NCBI GenBank assembly: GCA_964016885.1
Contig: OZ024741.1
Span: 190,960,001-191,024,000 of the forward strand
Origin: Eledone cirrhosa
Lineage: Eukaryota
Direction: 5' to 3'
DNA: 64,000 bases
Made by a program: the position numbers and the translations under genes. The notes under the pieces were generated by a model, which worked only from the letters and a program-made list of their open reading frames with translations, was not told the origin of the DNA and ran no database searches. Position 1 is the stretch's first letter; every line of letters starts with the position of its first letter. Below are positions 29,411 to 40,665 of this stretch, in pieces.

Positions 29411-29505
29411 GTAGAAAACTGGAAGGTAATATCCGTAGTGGTAGAGCACTCAGTCCATGGGACGAGTTACGTAGAAGTGGTAACACAACAGTTAGTTCAT
29501 CATAC

Positions 29506-29543
29506 CGAGAACAATTGTTTCACCTTAGCGGATCTTCAGCTCG
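29506..29543 (-). ncRNA. Hammerhead ribozyme, family A
   Basis: Reverse complement CGAG-CTGAAGA-TCC(GCTAA)GGT-GAAA-CAATTG-TT-CTCG. Confidence 0.82.
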
Positions 29544-29577
29544 TACTGGTCATGGTTATATGGAACCATGTCCATTA

Positions 29578-29615
29578 CGAGCTGAAGATCCTCTAAGGTG
29601 AAACAATTGTTCTCG
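29578..29615 (+). ncRNA. Hammerhead ribozyme, family A
   Basis: CGAG-CTGAAGA-TCC(TCTAA)GGT-GAAA-CAATTG-TT-CTCG. Palindromic stem III ACAAUUGU. Confidence 0.82.
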
Positions 29616-29646
29616 GTATGGTGAACTAACTGTTGTGTTACCACTT

Positions 29647-29736
<90 letters not shown>

Positions 29737-29761
29737 GTATATATATATGTATATATATATG

Positions 29762-29799
<38 letters not shown>

Positions 29800-29822
29800 T
29801 ATATATATAAATAAAATATATG

Positions 29823-30208
29823 TATCATCATCATCATCATCATCATTTTACGTCGGCTTTTCCCCGCTTGCAAGGGTGGGACGGGAACTGATTCTGGCTT
29901 GATTTCTACAGCTGGATGCCCTTCCTAACACCAACCTCATTTACAGTGAGTGCTGGGTGCTTTTTTTCCATGGTGCCTACACGTCCACTTTACAGTGGGG
30001 GCTGGGTGATTTTTTGCTGTGGCACCTCCATGACCACTTTGCAGTGGAATGATAGGGACCCCAGTCCTATCATCTCATTTCTACAGCTGAGTAAACTGGA
30101 GCAATGTGAAATAAAGTGTCTTGCTCAAGGAAACAACACATCACCCGGTCTGAGAATTAAACTCACAACCTTTCGATTGCAAGGCCAATGTTCTAACCAC
30201 TAAGCCAT
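29823..30208 (-). mobile_element. tRNA-head CORE-SINE with RTE-derived tail
   Basis: Reverse complement of the SINE at 33595 and 57067, with an (ATC)n tail at the left. Confidence 0.88.
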
Positions 30209-30255
30209 TACATATATAGATATATAGAGTTTAATAAATATATATATATATTTTA

Positions 30256-30334
<79 letters not shown>

Positions 30335-30336
<2 letters not shown>

Positions 30337-30646
30337 CCCCGTTCTATGTAAAGTTATGTTGGTGCTGCGCCATCCAGGCCGAAACAAATGAGATCGTGTA
30401 GGTGTCACGACAAAAAAACACACAGTCCACGCTGTAATGTGGCCGTGTAGGCAACACGGTAAAAACCTCCCAGACCCACACTGTAAATGTGGTTGGTGTT
30501 AGGAAGGGCATCCAACTGTAGAAAACCTGCCAGACAGTCCTATGCGAGCAAGACAATCACTCTTGCCTCAAGTGGGACTACCCCCGTCCAAACCCATGCA
30601 AGCGTGGAACACGGACGTTAAACGTTGATGATGATGATGATGATGA
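30335..30646 (+). mobile_element. RTE 3' UTR fragment with (GAT)n tail
   Basis: Matches 23205-23503. Confidence 0.85.
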
Positions 30647-30903
30647 TATATATATATATATATATATATCATCATCATCGTTTAACGTCCATATTCCACG
30701 CTTGTATGGGTTTATATATATATATATATAATAATAATTTTATTTTTTACTTATATATAAACTATATATAATTATAAATAGGAAAGGTCAGTATTTTTTA
30801 ATTTTTTACCAGTATGAAAAATAGCTCAATGTGAATACATCAGATGTATTACAGAGCAGTAATATAAAGTACAGAACAATCAAATCTGTTTAATACATTT
30901 CAT

Positions 30904-30950
30904 TGCTGACAATCGTTTCTTCCAAACAGTTGTTTGGAATCATTGGAGCA
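30904..30950 (-). ncRNA. Decayed hammerhead ribozyme (core mutated to CCAATGA)
   Basis: Reverse complement TGCT-CCAATGA-TTCCAAAC(AACT)GTTTGGAA-GAAA-CGATTG-TC-AGCA. All stems intact, core substituted. Confidence 0.55.
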
Positions 30951-31138
30951 TTGGCAAAGTTATATTATATATAAAATATATATTTATAAATATATATATG
31001 AATATACATGGAAAGTTATATTTAAATTGTTGGGTTACAACTAGTAAATATTTATAACTGATATAAAAGCACTCGACAAATATTTGGAGTATATTTACAA
31101 TATTAAATAAATGGAAACTATATTTATAAAACCATATT

Positions 31139-31204
31139 TATTTCATTATATATATTTCGGGGATATCATATTAACAATATGCTATGCCTTCCTCAGACAA
31201 AATA
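31139..31204 (-). ncRNA. Hammerhead ribozyme, family C
   Basis: Reverse complement TATTTTGT-CTGAGGA-AGGCATAGCATATTGTTAATATGATATCCCC-GAAA-TATATA-TA-ATGAAATA. Confidence 0.8.
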
Positions 31205-31280
31205 CAATATAAACATGTTTATATTGTATTTTGTCTGAGGAAGGCATAGCATATTGTTAAATATAAACATGTTTATATTG

Positions 31281-31346
31281 TATTTTGTCTGAGGAAGGCA
31301 TAGCATATTGTTAATATGATATCCCTGAAATATATATAATGAAATA
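31281..31346 (+). ncRNA. Hammerhead ribozyme, family C
   Basis: TATTTTGT-CTGAGGA-[31-nt hairpin AGGCATAGCATATT(GTT)AATATGATATCCCT]-GAAA-TATATA-TA-ATGAAATA. 8-bp stem I, AUA site. Confidence 0.82.
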
Positions 31347-31880
31347 AATATGGTTTTATAAATATAGTTTCCATTTATATGAATATATATATTTTTAATT
31401 TGTGTTTGACTTGAGATGTGTTGGTAAGTCCTTACGGATGGGTGGAATGAATACCATCATGTAAATTTCTGAACCACTGGCCAATCAGTTGACGGCATTT
31501 TGATGATGCGTAGGGATTTCAGTACCAAATGTACTTCTGTGTTCCCTGTCACATTCACTACCATAGGCAGCAAGGACTGGAATCAAATTCTGTCGATTGA
31601 TTCGTTATTGATTAGGCGAGACCCGATGATGAAACCACATGTGCCGATTGTGCATTGTTGCATAATAAATGTAGACAGCAGATGCTGTACGCTCTCTTGC
31701 TGCATTAAGTATGGCCGAAACTCGAGTAAGGGTATAGATTTATGGTACCCATCTACGTGTGTTGTATTGAAGCAATTAATTTTGAGTCTACTCTGGGATT
31801 TTTACATAACCTTACCTATTGAGTATGGTGAAAACCAATCAGTACTAGCAGGGACACTTATGCTAGTCCCATCAATTTAT

Positions 31881-31976
<96 letters not shown>

Positions 31977-32699
31977 AAATTCAGGACTCCAACGGCTGAG
32001 CTCCTGTTATTTTGACAACTAGATCTGAATGAGTTCAGCTGTCGGGGTTCTGAATTTGTTCATATTACCTACTCTACTACCCCAAATATCAAGTACTCTG
32101 GTGAGTAATGGTCTAGCTGGTTTTTACCACCTCCAATCTGATATATATATCATCATCATCATCGTTTAACGACCATCTTCCACGCTAGCATGGGTTAGGC
32201 GGCTTTGTTCCATTTGATGCGGGAATGGTCGGGAGAGTGTGGTCTCGCTCGTATATAGAACAAAGAGGGTGTGGTAAGATACCATGTGGACCATACTGCA
32301 CCAGAGTACTCAATACTTAGAGTAGTAGTGTGGGTAATAGGAAAAGAGTCAGGACCTGACTCTTTTCCTATATATATATATCATCAGCATCATCATTGTT
32401 TAATGTCTATCTTCCACGCTAGCATGGGTTTAGACGGGAATTTGCCCCACTTGAGGCAAGATTGGTCATCTCGCTCATATAGGACTGTCTAGCAGGTTTT
32501 CTACAGCTGGATGCCCTTCCTAACACCAACCATGTTTACAGTGTGGACTGGGAGGTTTTTACCGTATTACCTACACATATATTTAATATAGAAATGGCTT
32601 CTACAGGACTAGAACTGTTTATACTCTGGTATGTATTGAGTACATTACTTACTGTGGTTACCCCCAAATTGAACCCGGGATAAACTTTTATATATATAG

Positions 32700-32930
32700 A
32701 TAGTGAAATAAGATAACAAGGACGATTGATTACTCCTTCATTATGTTTGTTGGTTGGTGTCGCGTGTTTTGCCACTGATCAGCTCAAGTTTCAATCTGTA
32801 TCATCCTTGTTATTTTATTTCACTATAATACACTCTGTATAGCTCTACACCTCGACACTGAAGTGAACCTAAACATCGAGTGCTCAGCTGGGTGAACCTA
32901 CAGTAACTCCAAGTTACACTCCCTGGATAT
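32700..32930. mobile_element. Family B pLTR fragments in inverted arrangement (3' half of the HHR on minus, pLTR tail on plus)
   Basis: 32720-32800 matches 39895-39975. 32857-32930 is the reverse complement of 40489-40562. Confidence 0.75.
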
Positions 32931-32974
32931 ATATATATATATGATGATGATGAGATATATATATATATATATAT

Positions 32975-33278
32975 ATCATCATCATCATCATCATCTTCAT
33001 TTAACGTCCATTTTCCATGCTAGCATGGGTTGTCCCACTTGAGACAAGGTTGGTCGGGTGACCATGTCTCGCTCATATAGGACTATCTGGCAGGTTTTCT
33101 ACGGCTGGATGCCCTTCCTAACACCAACCACATTTACAGTGTGGAACTGGGAACTTTTTACCGTGTTACCTACATGGCCACATTACAGCGTGGACTGTGT
33201 GTTTTTTTGTCGTGACACCTACACGATCTCGATCTCGATCTCGATCTCATTATCTCATTTATTTGGACTGGATGTTGT
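32975..33278 (-). mobile_element. RTE 3' UTR fragment
   Basis: Reverse complement of the 23205-23503 type sequence with an (ATC)n tail. Further small pieces at 32150-32250, 32380-32575 and 35020-35115. Confidence 0.8.
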
Positions 33279-33302
33279 GATATATATATATATATATAAT
33301 AT

Positions 33303-33510
33303 TATTTATTTATGTTCATACACAAAACAAAATCGCTAGCCAAGGTTTCAAGGCTCAAATTTGTCCATACCTCCAGAATATAAGGGGCATCAAATTAGTG
33401 ACCTTTCTTCAGGTGCTTATAATTTGATGCCTCATGTATTTTGGAGGTATGGTCAAATTTGGGCCTTGAAACCTGGGTAGTGCTTTTGTTCTGTGTATAA
33501 ACATAAATAA
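33303..33510. ncRNA. Palindromic pair of long-stem-II hammerhead motifs (minus copy 33335-33418, plus-strand 3' half 33421-33485)
   Basis: Minus: AAGCAC-CTGAAGA-AAGGTC...GAGCCTT-GAAA-CCTTGGC-TA. Plus half: ...GGGCCTT-GAAA-CCTGGG-TA-GTGCTT, where GTGCTT complements AAGCAC. Confidence 0.7.
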
Positions 33511-33594
33511 TATATTTCTTCTCTCTTCCCGATTGAGCACTGTTTTCCTTTTTCCTTTTCACACCTATGGATATTGCTAAATATATATATGGAT

Positions 33595-33943
33595 GGAGGC
33601 ACATGGCTTAGTGGTTAGAGCATTGGCCTTGCAATCAAAAGGTTGTGAGTTCAACTCTCAGACCGGGTGATGTGTTGTTTCCTTGAGCAAGACACTTTAT
33701 TTCACATTGCTCCAGTTTACTCAGCTGTAGAAATGAGATGATAGGAACTGGGGTCCATATCATTCCACTACAAAGTGGTCGTGGAGGTGCCACGGCAAAA
33801 AAGCACCCAGCACTCACTGTAAATGAGGTTGGTGTTAGGAAGGGCATCCAGCTGTAGAAATCAAGCCAGAATCAGTTCCCGTCCCACCCTTGCAAGGTGG
33901 ACGTAAAATGCGGACGTAAAATGAAATGATGATGATGATGATG
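33595..33943 (+). mobile_element. tRNA-head CORE-SINE with RTE-derived tail
   Basis: A-box TGGCTTAGTGG, B-box GAGTTCAACTC, CORE-like CCTTGAGCAAGACACTT. The 3' half matches the RTE 3' UTR and ends in (GAT)n. Confidence 0.9.
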
Positions 33944-33957
33944 ATATATATATATAT

Positions 33958-34445
33958 AGAAGTGGTAACACAACAGTTAGTTCATCATACCGAGAACAAT
34001 TGTTTCATCTTAGCAGATCTTCAGCTCGTACTGGTCATGGCTATACAGAACAGGAGGAACAACCGTATGAACGCACATGCGCAGAAACGGTCACTTCACC
34101 CAAGCGATACAAAGCCACGGGCGAAAGGGAGATAACTGCAAAAGTCGGAAAAAATGTTTGAGTTGATATGAAAATTAGAATGTTATTGTTATTCAATCCG
34201 GAGCTTTGCAGTTATGCAAGAGGTGTTTCCAGATATGTGGACAACATGTGAAGATTTCATTTCTTGAATTTAGGCAATCGCTATTGCGTAATCTTCTTAG
34301 AATATTTATCCTTTCTTCAATACACAGTCCATGGCTTGGACTTAGTGATGGCTTTCCATTGAAAGGAGTAGTCTATACCTGAGTCCTTGAAGGACCATAT
34401 GTGGCTCATGAGTTTCGTGGCTGATCATTTGTCTGGGTACTTAAG
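33958..34445 (-). mobile_element. Penelope-like element 3' fragment (family A pLTR plus end of the GIY-YIG ORF)
   Basis: Reverse-complement match to 14595-15122. Confidence 0.88.
33991..34028 (-). ncRNA. Hammerhead ribozyme, family A
   Basis: Reverse complement CGAG-CTGAAGA-TCTGCTAAGAT-GAAA-CAATTG-TT-CTCG. Confidence 0.72.
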
Positions 34446-34612
34446 AACACTCAATGCTATTGGGGAGCACAGTATCAATAATAATAAATAGGGAACAAAG
34501 AATTAGTATTGCATCTATATATACTGAAGTAAAAGTTAAGTGGAAATATCCAAGAGTAAGAGCACTCAGTCCATAGGACCAATGTAGTATAAATAATTAC
34601 AACAGTGACATA

Positions 34613-34664
34613 GACAGGTACTCAAGTTTCGTTGGGTTCTGGGCCCCAATTTCTTCAGCCTGTC
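34613..34664 (-). ncRNA. Hammerhead ribozyme (distinct family whose pLTR tail is related to family A)
   Basis: Reverse complement GACAGG-CTGAAGA-AA-TTGGG(GCCCAGAA)CCCAA-C-GAAA-CTTGAG-TA-CCTGTC. Perfect 6-bp stem I, GUA site. Downstream GGACTGAGTGCTCT is shared with family A. Confidence 0.8.
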
Positions 34665-35186
34665 ATGAGAAAAATAAAAGACAAAGATGACCGCCTATGG
34701 TTGATAGTGTTTTCCCTATGGGTATATAACAAGAGAGTTCACGCAGGGGGAGGTAATTTAGAAAAAGTATAGAAAAAAAGGGTTTATTTAAAAAAAAATA
34801 GTGTAGGATCTAAGGGAGATAACTCTTGAGAGAATGGAAATAGAAGCACAATAATTTCCGGGGATCACATTTCACTGAAATACAATCTAGTCAGTAACTC
34901 GAAATATACTTCTGGACCTGCTAGTCAGGCCTAAGCCATTTATCCAAAATATATTTCTTCTCATAGGGACAACCGCCAAAGCAATCGAGCCGTGTGTTGA
35001 GGCAGTGCAACTGGAAGAAATTATTCATCACCGTTTTACGTCGGTTATTCCACGCTAGCATGGGTTAGACGGGGTGTCCTGTGGTGGGCAGTGTTCGGTC
35101 GGCTGACCTTGTCTTGTATATATATATATATATGTATGTATGTAGTTAGATATATATATATTCATATATGTAATTTATATATGTAT

Positions 35187-35219
<33 letters not shown>

Positions 35220-35574
35220 AATGTATTATGGTAGGTGGAGAAAATCTGTGGAAATGTATTTAGTTACATATCTTTATGTTGTGAGTTCAAATCCCACTAA
35301 GCAATGAGGTCAATAAATGAGTACCACCCAAATACAGATGTTGATATAATGATCACCAATCATCAATATGTGTAGCCTTCTGCTTATGTTATAAACTATA
35401 GATATATTTCAATAATAATGAAGTGTTTAGTTTGTAGAAAATGTGTTTATTCCAAATTTTAATAAAATATATAAATAATGATTCCAAAAAAGAATCTGTT
35501 TCTCATTTTGATTTGTTTTGCTTTTTGTATTTTGTGGCAGAAAATATGTTTGATCATTATTATTCGTAAATATA

Positions 35575-35802
35575 TTAACCCTTTAGCATTTACATTACTC
35601 TATATATACTATTGTATTTTTGCCGTGAAGGCTTTATCTTATACAATATCTCACATAATATTGAATCTATGAGATTTTGATATTATTCATTTTGAGAACA
35701 ATTCCTTAACATAATTATGAGTGGCCAGCTATGGTCAGTTTGAACAGACAGAGGTGAGAAAATTCTGGCTAGATACGGCGTGTTTAAATGTTAAAAGGTT
35801 AA
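35575..35802. mobile_element. piggyBac-type MITE
   Basis: TTAA|CCCTTTAGCATTTA...TAAATGTTAAAAGG|TTAA: TTAA target duplication and short TIRs. Confidence 0.65.
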
Positions 35803-36009
35803 AATAAAAATAAATAACAGACAAAAAAAAAATTGTTGCAGTGGGAAAACATTTAATAATGAGATATTCCAATTGGTTTGAACAGTAGAAAAAGGAGGTA
35901 AACATTTTAGTCTTAGTTCACTGATGAGATTGAAAATCTACCTCCATCCTTACCAACTCTTATCTATGGCCAATGATGGCATCCAATCACTAGTGAAATA
36001 TATCTCAAT

Positions 36010-36181
36010 ACAGGTAAAATTCCGTTATAACGAATACCATTATAACAAAATTGTTTTCAATCCCCGAGGTAATAACAAATAAACGCTCGATTTGTTTCAG
36101 TCAATTTCATTATAAAGAATTTTTCATTACAACAAATTTTTTTTATACCCTGTGAATTTCATTAAAACGGAATTTCACTGT
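36010..36181. mobile_element. Tc1/mariner (pogo/Tigger-like) MITE
   Basis: TA-CAGGTAAAATTCCGTTATAACGAA ... TTCATTAAAACGGAATTTCACTG imperfect TIRs. Confidence 0.6.
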
Positions 36182-36602
36182 TTATTCAGTCATTTTACAG
36201 CAACAAATTACATCAATAAAATCCTGGTGGATACACAAGTCTGGCGGCATGCTTCCTAGTCTATGTTTGTTCTATTTCCTGTGATGTTCCTTTATTCCAC
36301 TTAATACATAGTATACCATGCTAATCTTTTATTCTGTTTTCTTTTATTTAATTTCAATATCAATTTGGTTATACAGTCTTTTAAACATGTTACATGTGTT
36401 AGACCAGTGTAACATTAAAAACTACTTTGCTTTCTTTAAAATGAAATCAAATATTTTCTCTTGTTTTATTTTTTTTTTCAACTATTGAATTTAGAATTCA
36501 TATGTTTTCACTTGCAAGTGGAAATAAATAAATATGTAAATATCAATAAACGTTATATATATACATATATGTGTGTGTGCGTTTTCATGTGTGTGTGTAT
36601 AT

Positions 36603-36643
<41 letters not shown>

Positions 36644-37027
36644 TATGTGTGTATGTGTTTGTGTGTGTGTGTTAGTGTAATGTTTTATGAAACTTGATGA
36701 TATCAGGAAGGGGTAAAGCGTTTATAATAAACTACATACCTCACATTCTATAACATTTGGTAGAGGTCAAGACATCATTGAATAAATGTTAGGGTGTTTA
36801 AAATGTTCAATATAACCAGCTATATGGTGGGAAAAGGGTCTAGGGATTTAGGGAGCTGCAACTTATAAATATGCACACACACACACATACACATATATCC
36901 AAATTATTTGAAAAGTAAAGGGGAATAAAAATACATTTTTTCATTTAATTTTATTGTCATTTGATAGTCCAAATTAACATTTTCAAATGGTTCTCTTCCA
37001 ATTGGGTTCTTTTGATTTTTTGACATG

Positions 37028-37160
37028 GAATTCCTGGAAACTCCTCATTTGAATTCTTGGAAACTTATATACTGAATTCTGTGGAAACTCATTCTTTGAA
37101 ATTCATAGAGACGCACTGACTGAAATTCATGGAAACTCTTTCAGTGTTCCCAGGAACTCA
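37028..37160. repeat. Degenerate 23-24-bp tandem repeat (about 6 copies)
   Basis: Recurrent GAATTC..GGAAACTC motif. Confidence 0.55.
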
Positions 37161-37527
37161 GTCCTTTATTCCTTAATTTTGGTCCCTCTTCTGATAGGTA
37201 TTTCCCAATGTTTCAAAATAGCACAAACATATTTTTTGTAAGAGGTTATATATGTATGTATGTTTGTATGTATCTATGTATCTATGTATATATATATATA
37301 AATGTATGTATATACGTATATATATAGATAGGTAAATATAGATATATGTATACATATATGCATACACACACGTGTGCACCACACATACATATATATAAAT
37401 ATATATATATAACTCTTACATGGTAGTATTTCTCAAAATAAATGTAAGTCTATGTATATAAATTCATATATAAAATCATATTTTTGTACATATATACATA
37501 AAAAAAATTCTCACTCTATTGTACACA

Positions 37528-37892
37528 TACTCTTGGGTCTCAAATAATCATCTCCCTCCTCCTGCTTATTAATTTTTCAGATTTTTTTCCGCCCCCTGCT
37601 GTTCTTATTTCAATCCCTCCCTTTATTATATTTTGCTAATCTATCTCTGGAGAAATTTTATTTTAAGTGGTAGCCTTTCTGTGACAATTAATTTTCTTTA
37701 GGCATTAAAAAAATATTATACATGACAAAAATAAAACATTACAAGTAATCTCATGAAATAAATAGGATGGGTTGGGGTCTCAATATGTAAAATAAACGAC
37801 TAATTCTGTTTTTTTTTTTTAATTCAAGGGAGACAACCTAGAAAACTTATCGATTTTCCATCCCCTCTCCATATTATTTGGGAGCCAAGAGT
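37528..37892. mobile_element. MITE with about 21-bp TIRs and TA ends
   Basis: TACTCTTGGGTCTCAAATAAT ... ATTATTTGGGAGCCAAGAGTA. Confidence 0.55.
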
Positions 37893-38327
37893 ACAGTGTA
37901 TATATAGAATTGTTATATACACAATAACCATTCCCGCATTTTTCTCAAACATACATGTATACTATATACTGTCTTTTTGTTCATTAATAATGTTCATTTT
38001 GTTGGATAATTATCATTAGTTCCTTTGTTCTCATTATCTTAAGTAAAAAGCTGTTCAGTGATACCATCAGAGTTATTTACCTTGTGGTAGGTCAAAGTTC
38101 AAAGAGTTGCACTTACATTTGATTATATTACAAAATTTGTGTTGAATGTTTAAGGTATGGTAACTCCACATTCATACCATGAACATGTAGGGCTAATGAC
38201 TCCTACTCTCTGTCTTTTAGGTTCTTCTCCCCATTTTGATCTTCCAAATGCTGAAATAATAAATAATTAGTTTAAATCAGTGGTTAGTTAATGTTAAACC
38301 AGTATAGAGTTTGTATTAAATCAATAT

Positions 38328-38556
38328 AAAGTAGGTGGTATATGGTGTAGGTGGTAGTGTGACAGTGTGGTAGCTGATATAGGTGTAAGTGTGACAGTGG
38401 TGGTGTTTGGCATAGGTGGTAGTCTGACAGTGATGGTGTCTGGTATAAGTGGTAGTGAGACAGTGGTGGTGTCTGGCGTAGGTGGTAGTCTGACAGTGAT
38501 GGTGTCTGGTATAGATGGTAGTGTAACAGAGGGGGTGTCTGGTGTAGGTGGTAGTG
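38328..38556. repeat. Degenerate 33-bp tandem repeat (about 7 copies)
   Basis: Unit like GGTGTAGGTGGTAGTCTGACAGTGATGGTGTCT. The minus strand reads (LPPTPDTITVR)n. Confidence 0.8.
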
Positions 38557-38564
38557 TTATGGAT

Positions 38565-38823
38565 TTAACCCATTTCTTACAGTATTTGTAACAAAAGACA
38601 CCACCTATGTGTTTCAATCAAATTTTGAAAATAATAATGGAGGTATTTAATGAAATAACTAAGTTTTTCATTAGTTTAGTGTTGTTTGAAAAACACTATT
38701 TGACAAAATTTATTAAATATATTATGCTGGAAAGTTTTAATATAAATATAAACATTTTATAATAAGCAATGGTGTATCATAAATCCAGGGCAGTTTTAGG
38801 CTAGTTACTTCCAAAAGGGTTAA
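38565..38823. mobile_element. piggyBac-type MITE (related remnant at about 25600-25835, opposite strand)
   Basis: TTAACCC...GGGTTAA termini. Internal similarity to the reverse complement of 25620-25820. Confidence 0.5.
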
Positions 38824-39175
38824 TCATCATCATCATCGTTTTTATGTCTGTTTTTCCACGCTCACATAGGTTGGACAGGTCTCAGCACAGCATCTCTCCC
38901 CTTGCTGCATTTCTTTGTCATCTCCTCTGTGAGTCTCAGCAATTTGAGGTCAGCTCTCACCACATTTGCCTCGGTCTTTCTTGGTCTAGCTCTACCGTGA
39001 CTTCCATCCACTGGCATTTCCTGGCACTTCTTCACCCGTCAATAATCATCCATGTGCATCACATGTCCATACCAACACAGACTTCTCTCCTGCACACCAA
39101 CTCAGATTCCTCTTAAACCCAACCTCTCCCTCAGTTCATCCAAGCTCTGCATTTCTTTCACATTTACGTTGCATA
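38823..39175 (-). mobile_element. Old RTE LINE 3' fragment
   Basis: (ATC)n tail. The minus strand encodes an RSLCWYGHV...RPRKTEANVV-like C-terminus. Confidence 0.7.
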
Positions 39176-39932
39176 TTTATGTTATTTAATCATGTCCCAT
39201 CACATTTCTGAGTTCAACTTCTGCCACAACCAACTTACCCTTTCATACTTTCATACAAAATTGTGCCAAAGTTAGAAACAATTATTATCCCTGGAAGTGA
39301 TGGAGTGATAAAGATGGTAAAATCCAGGAACAATATCTTGCAGTATTTAGTTACATCTACTTTAAAATCGAAATTCAAATCAAATACCACTAAGGTGAAT
39401 AAAATAAAGTATTTATCATATCCATAACTAACTCAATCAAAGCCTTTCCCCAAAATGTGTAAACTTCTTCCTGTAATAATATAATAATGAAGATTATTGT
39501 GTATAGTTTTGAAGGCCTTTCACTATGAATTTAAGGTTATTAAATATACAATACGTACATTTATATATACATCGCTATTTCAGAGCACCAACACAAATTT
39601 CTAATTGATGCTTGGCTGGCAACCACTCTCTGTGTAAATGAGTTTCAACAGCTCATAAACATAATTGGAATTCTATAAGAATCCAGCTTACAACAAAAGC
39701 AAAGGGATATATAGCCTTGACAACCACTAAAAAGTGAGAAACGATCATTGGTTATTTCTCTTTGTTTTTGCTGAAGCTAGGTATGTGACATTAGTCACTA
39801 TCTTAAATTCATAGGCCTTCAAAATGTTTTTATATAAACATACAGTATATTATTAATTATACAATACGTACATATATATATAATAAAATAAAACATGCTC
39901 GAGTGGTTACTCCTTCATTACGTTTATTGGTT

Positions 39933-40017
39933 GGTGACGCGCGTTTCGCCACTGATCAGCTCAAAGTTAGATCTATATCGATCTAGCCCGACTCTGTAAT
40001 CCACAGCTCGTCAGACC
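39933..40017 (-). ncRNA. Hammerhead ribozyme, family B (extended stem II)
   Basis: Reverse complement GGT-CTGACGA-[60 nt]-GAAA-CGCGCG-TC-ACC. Confidence 0.8.
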
Positions 40018-40151
40018 CCTTATAATGGCAATGAGTCTGGCTAGATCAATACAGATCGAACCTTGAGCTGATCAGTGGTGAAACGCGCGTCACCATGGTT
40101 GGTGACATTTGTCCATTATTCTATGAACTACACATTCACCTTAGAGGAATT

Positions 40152-40320
40152 GTAGTACATAGAATAATGGACAAATGTCAGGAAAGTAAACAGCGTATGC
40201 GTCATGTTATACACACAGATACATGAGTGTGTATGAAGGGGAATATCAGATATAGAGTTGGTGAATTTCCAGAAGCATGGAAGTTTTGACAGATGCAGTG
40301 TATTGACAGCTAACAACTGA
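40152..40320 (-). mobile_element. CR1 LINE 3' UTR fragment
   Basis: Similar to 58110-58275. The matching tail piece lies at 39478-39507. Confidence 0.7.
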
Positions 40321-40582
40321 GAACAATACCAATAGAAAATAAACTTATTCCCCAGATAATAGGCAGAATGTTCAAATTTAAGCCATTACTAAGCTGTGTT
40401 TCAAGAATACAGAAGGATTAAACTATTTCTTAAATTACCAATATCTGAAAGTTCTCAGTTAAATATGCTAATAAAATTTCTGATATATATATCCAGGGAG
40501 TGTAACGTGGAGTTACTGTAGGTTCACCCGGCTGAGCACTCGATGTTTAGGTTCACTTCTGTGACTCATTGCCATTATAAGG

Positions 40583-40665
40583 GGTCTGACGAGCTGTGGA
40601 TTAGAGTCGGGCTAGATCGATATAGATCGAACCTTGAGCTGATCAGTGGCGAAACGCGCGTCACC
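40583..40665 (+). ncRNA. Hammerhead ribozyme, family B (extended stem II)
   Basis: GGT-CTGACGA-GCTGTGGATTA...TGATCAGTGGC-GAAA-CGCGCG-TC-ACC. Canonical core, G-C closing pair, palindromic stem III ACGCGCGU, GUC site. Confidence 0.82.

Larger units (their letters stand above)
29411..29648. mobile_element. ORF-less head-to-head palindrome of family A Penelope pLTRs between (TA)n/(GA)n tracts
   Basis: 29473-29556 is an inverted copy of about 29566-29648 and matches 15040-15185. Confidence 0.9.
31010..31378. mobile_element. Palindromic HHR-bearing pLTR element, family C
   Basis: 31108-31215 is inverted relative to 31270-31378, with an internal duplication of about 54 bp. The flank is homologous to 45945-46070. 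Confidence 0.85.

Noticed and set aside
33350-33470. SECIS element inside the long stem II
   Set aside because: UGA is present on the 5' side, but there is no correctly placed GA on the 3' side and no apical AA motif.
33595-33670. tRNA genes at SINE heads
   Set aside because: A and B boxes are present, but the sequence continues into CORE and LINE-derived tails in multiple copies, so these are SINEs.
35915-35945. CTGATGA...GAAA hammerhead-like string (similar cases at 13005, 26372, 28532)
   Set aside because: No stem II/III or stem I complementarity in the required positions.
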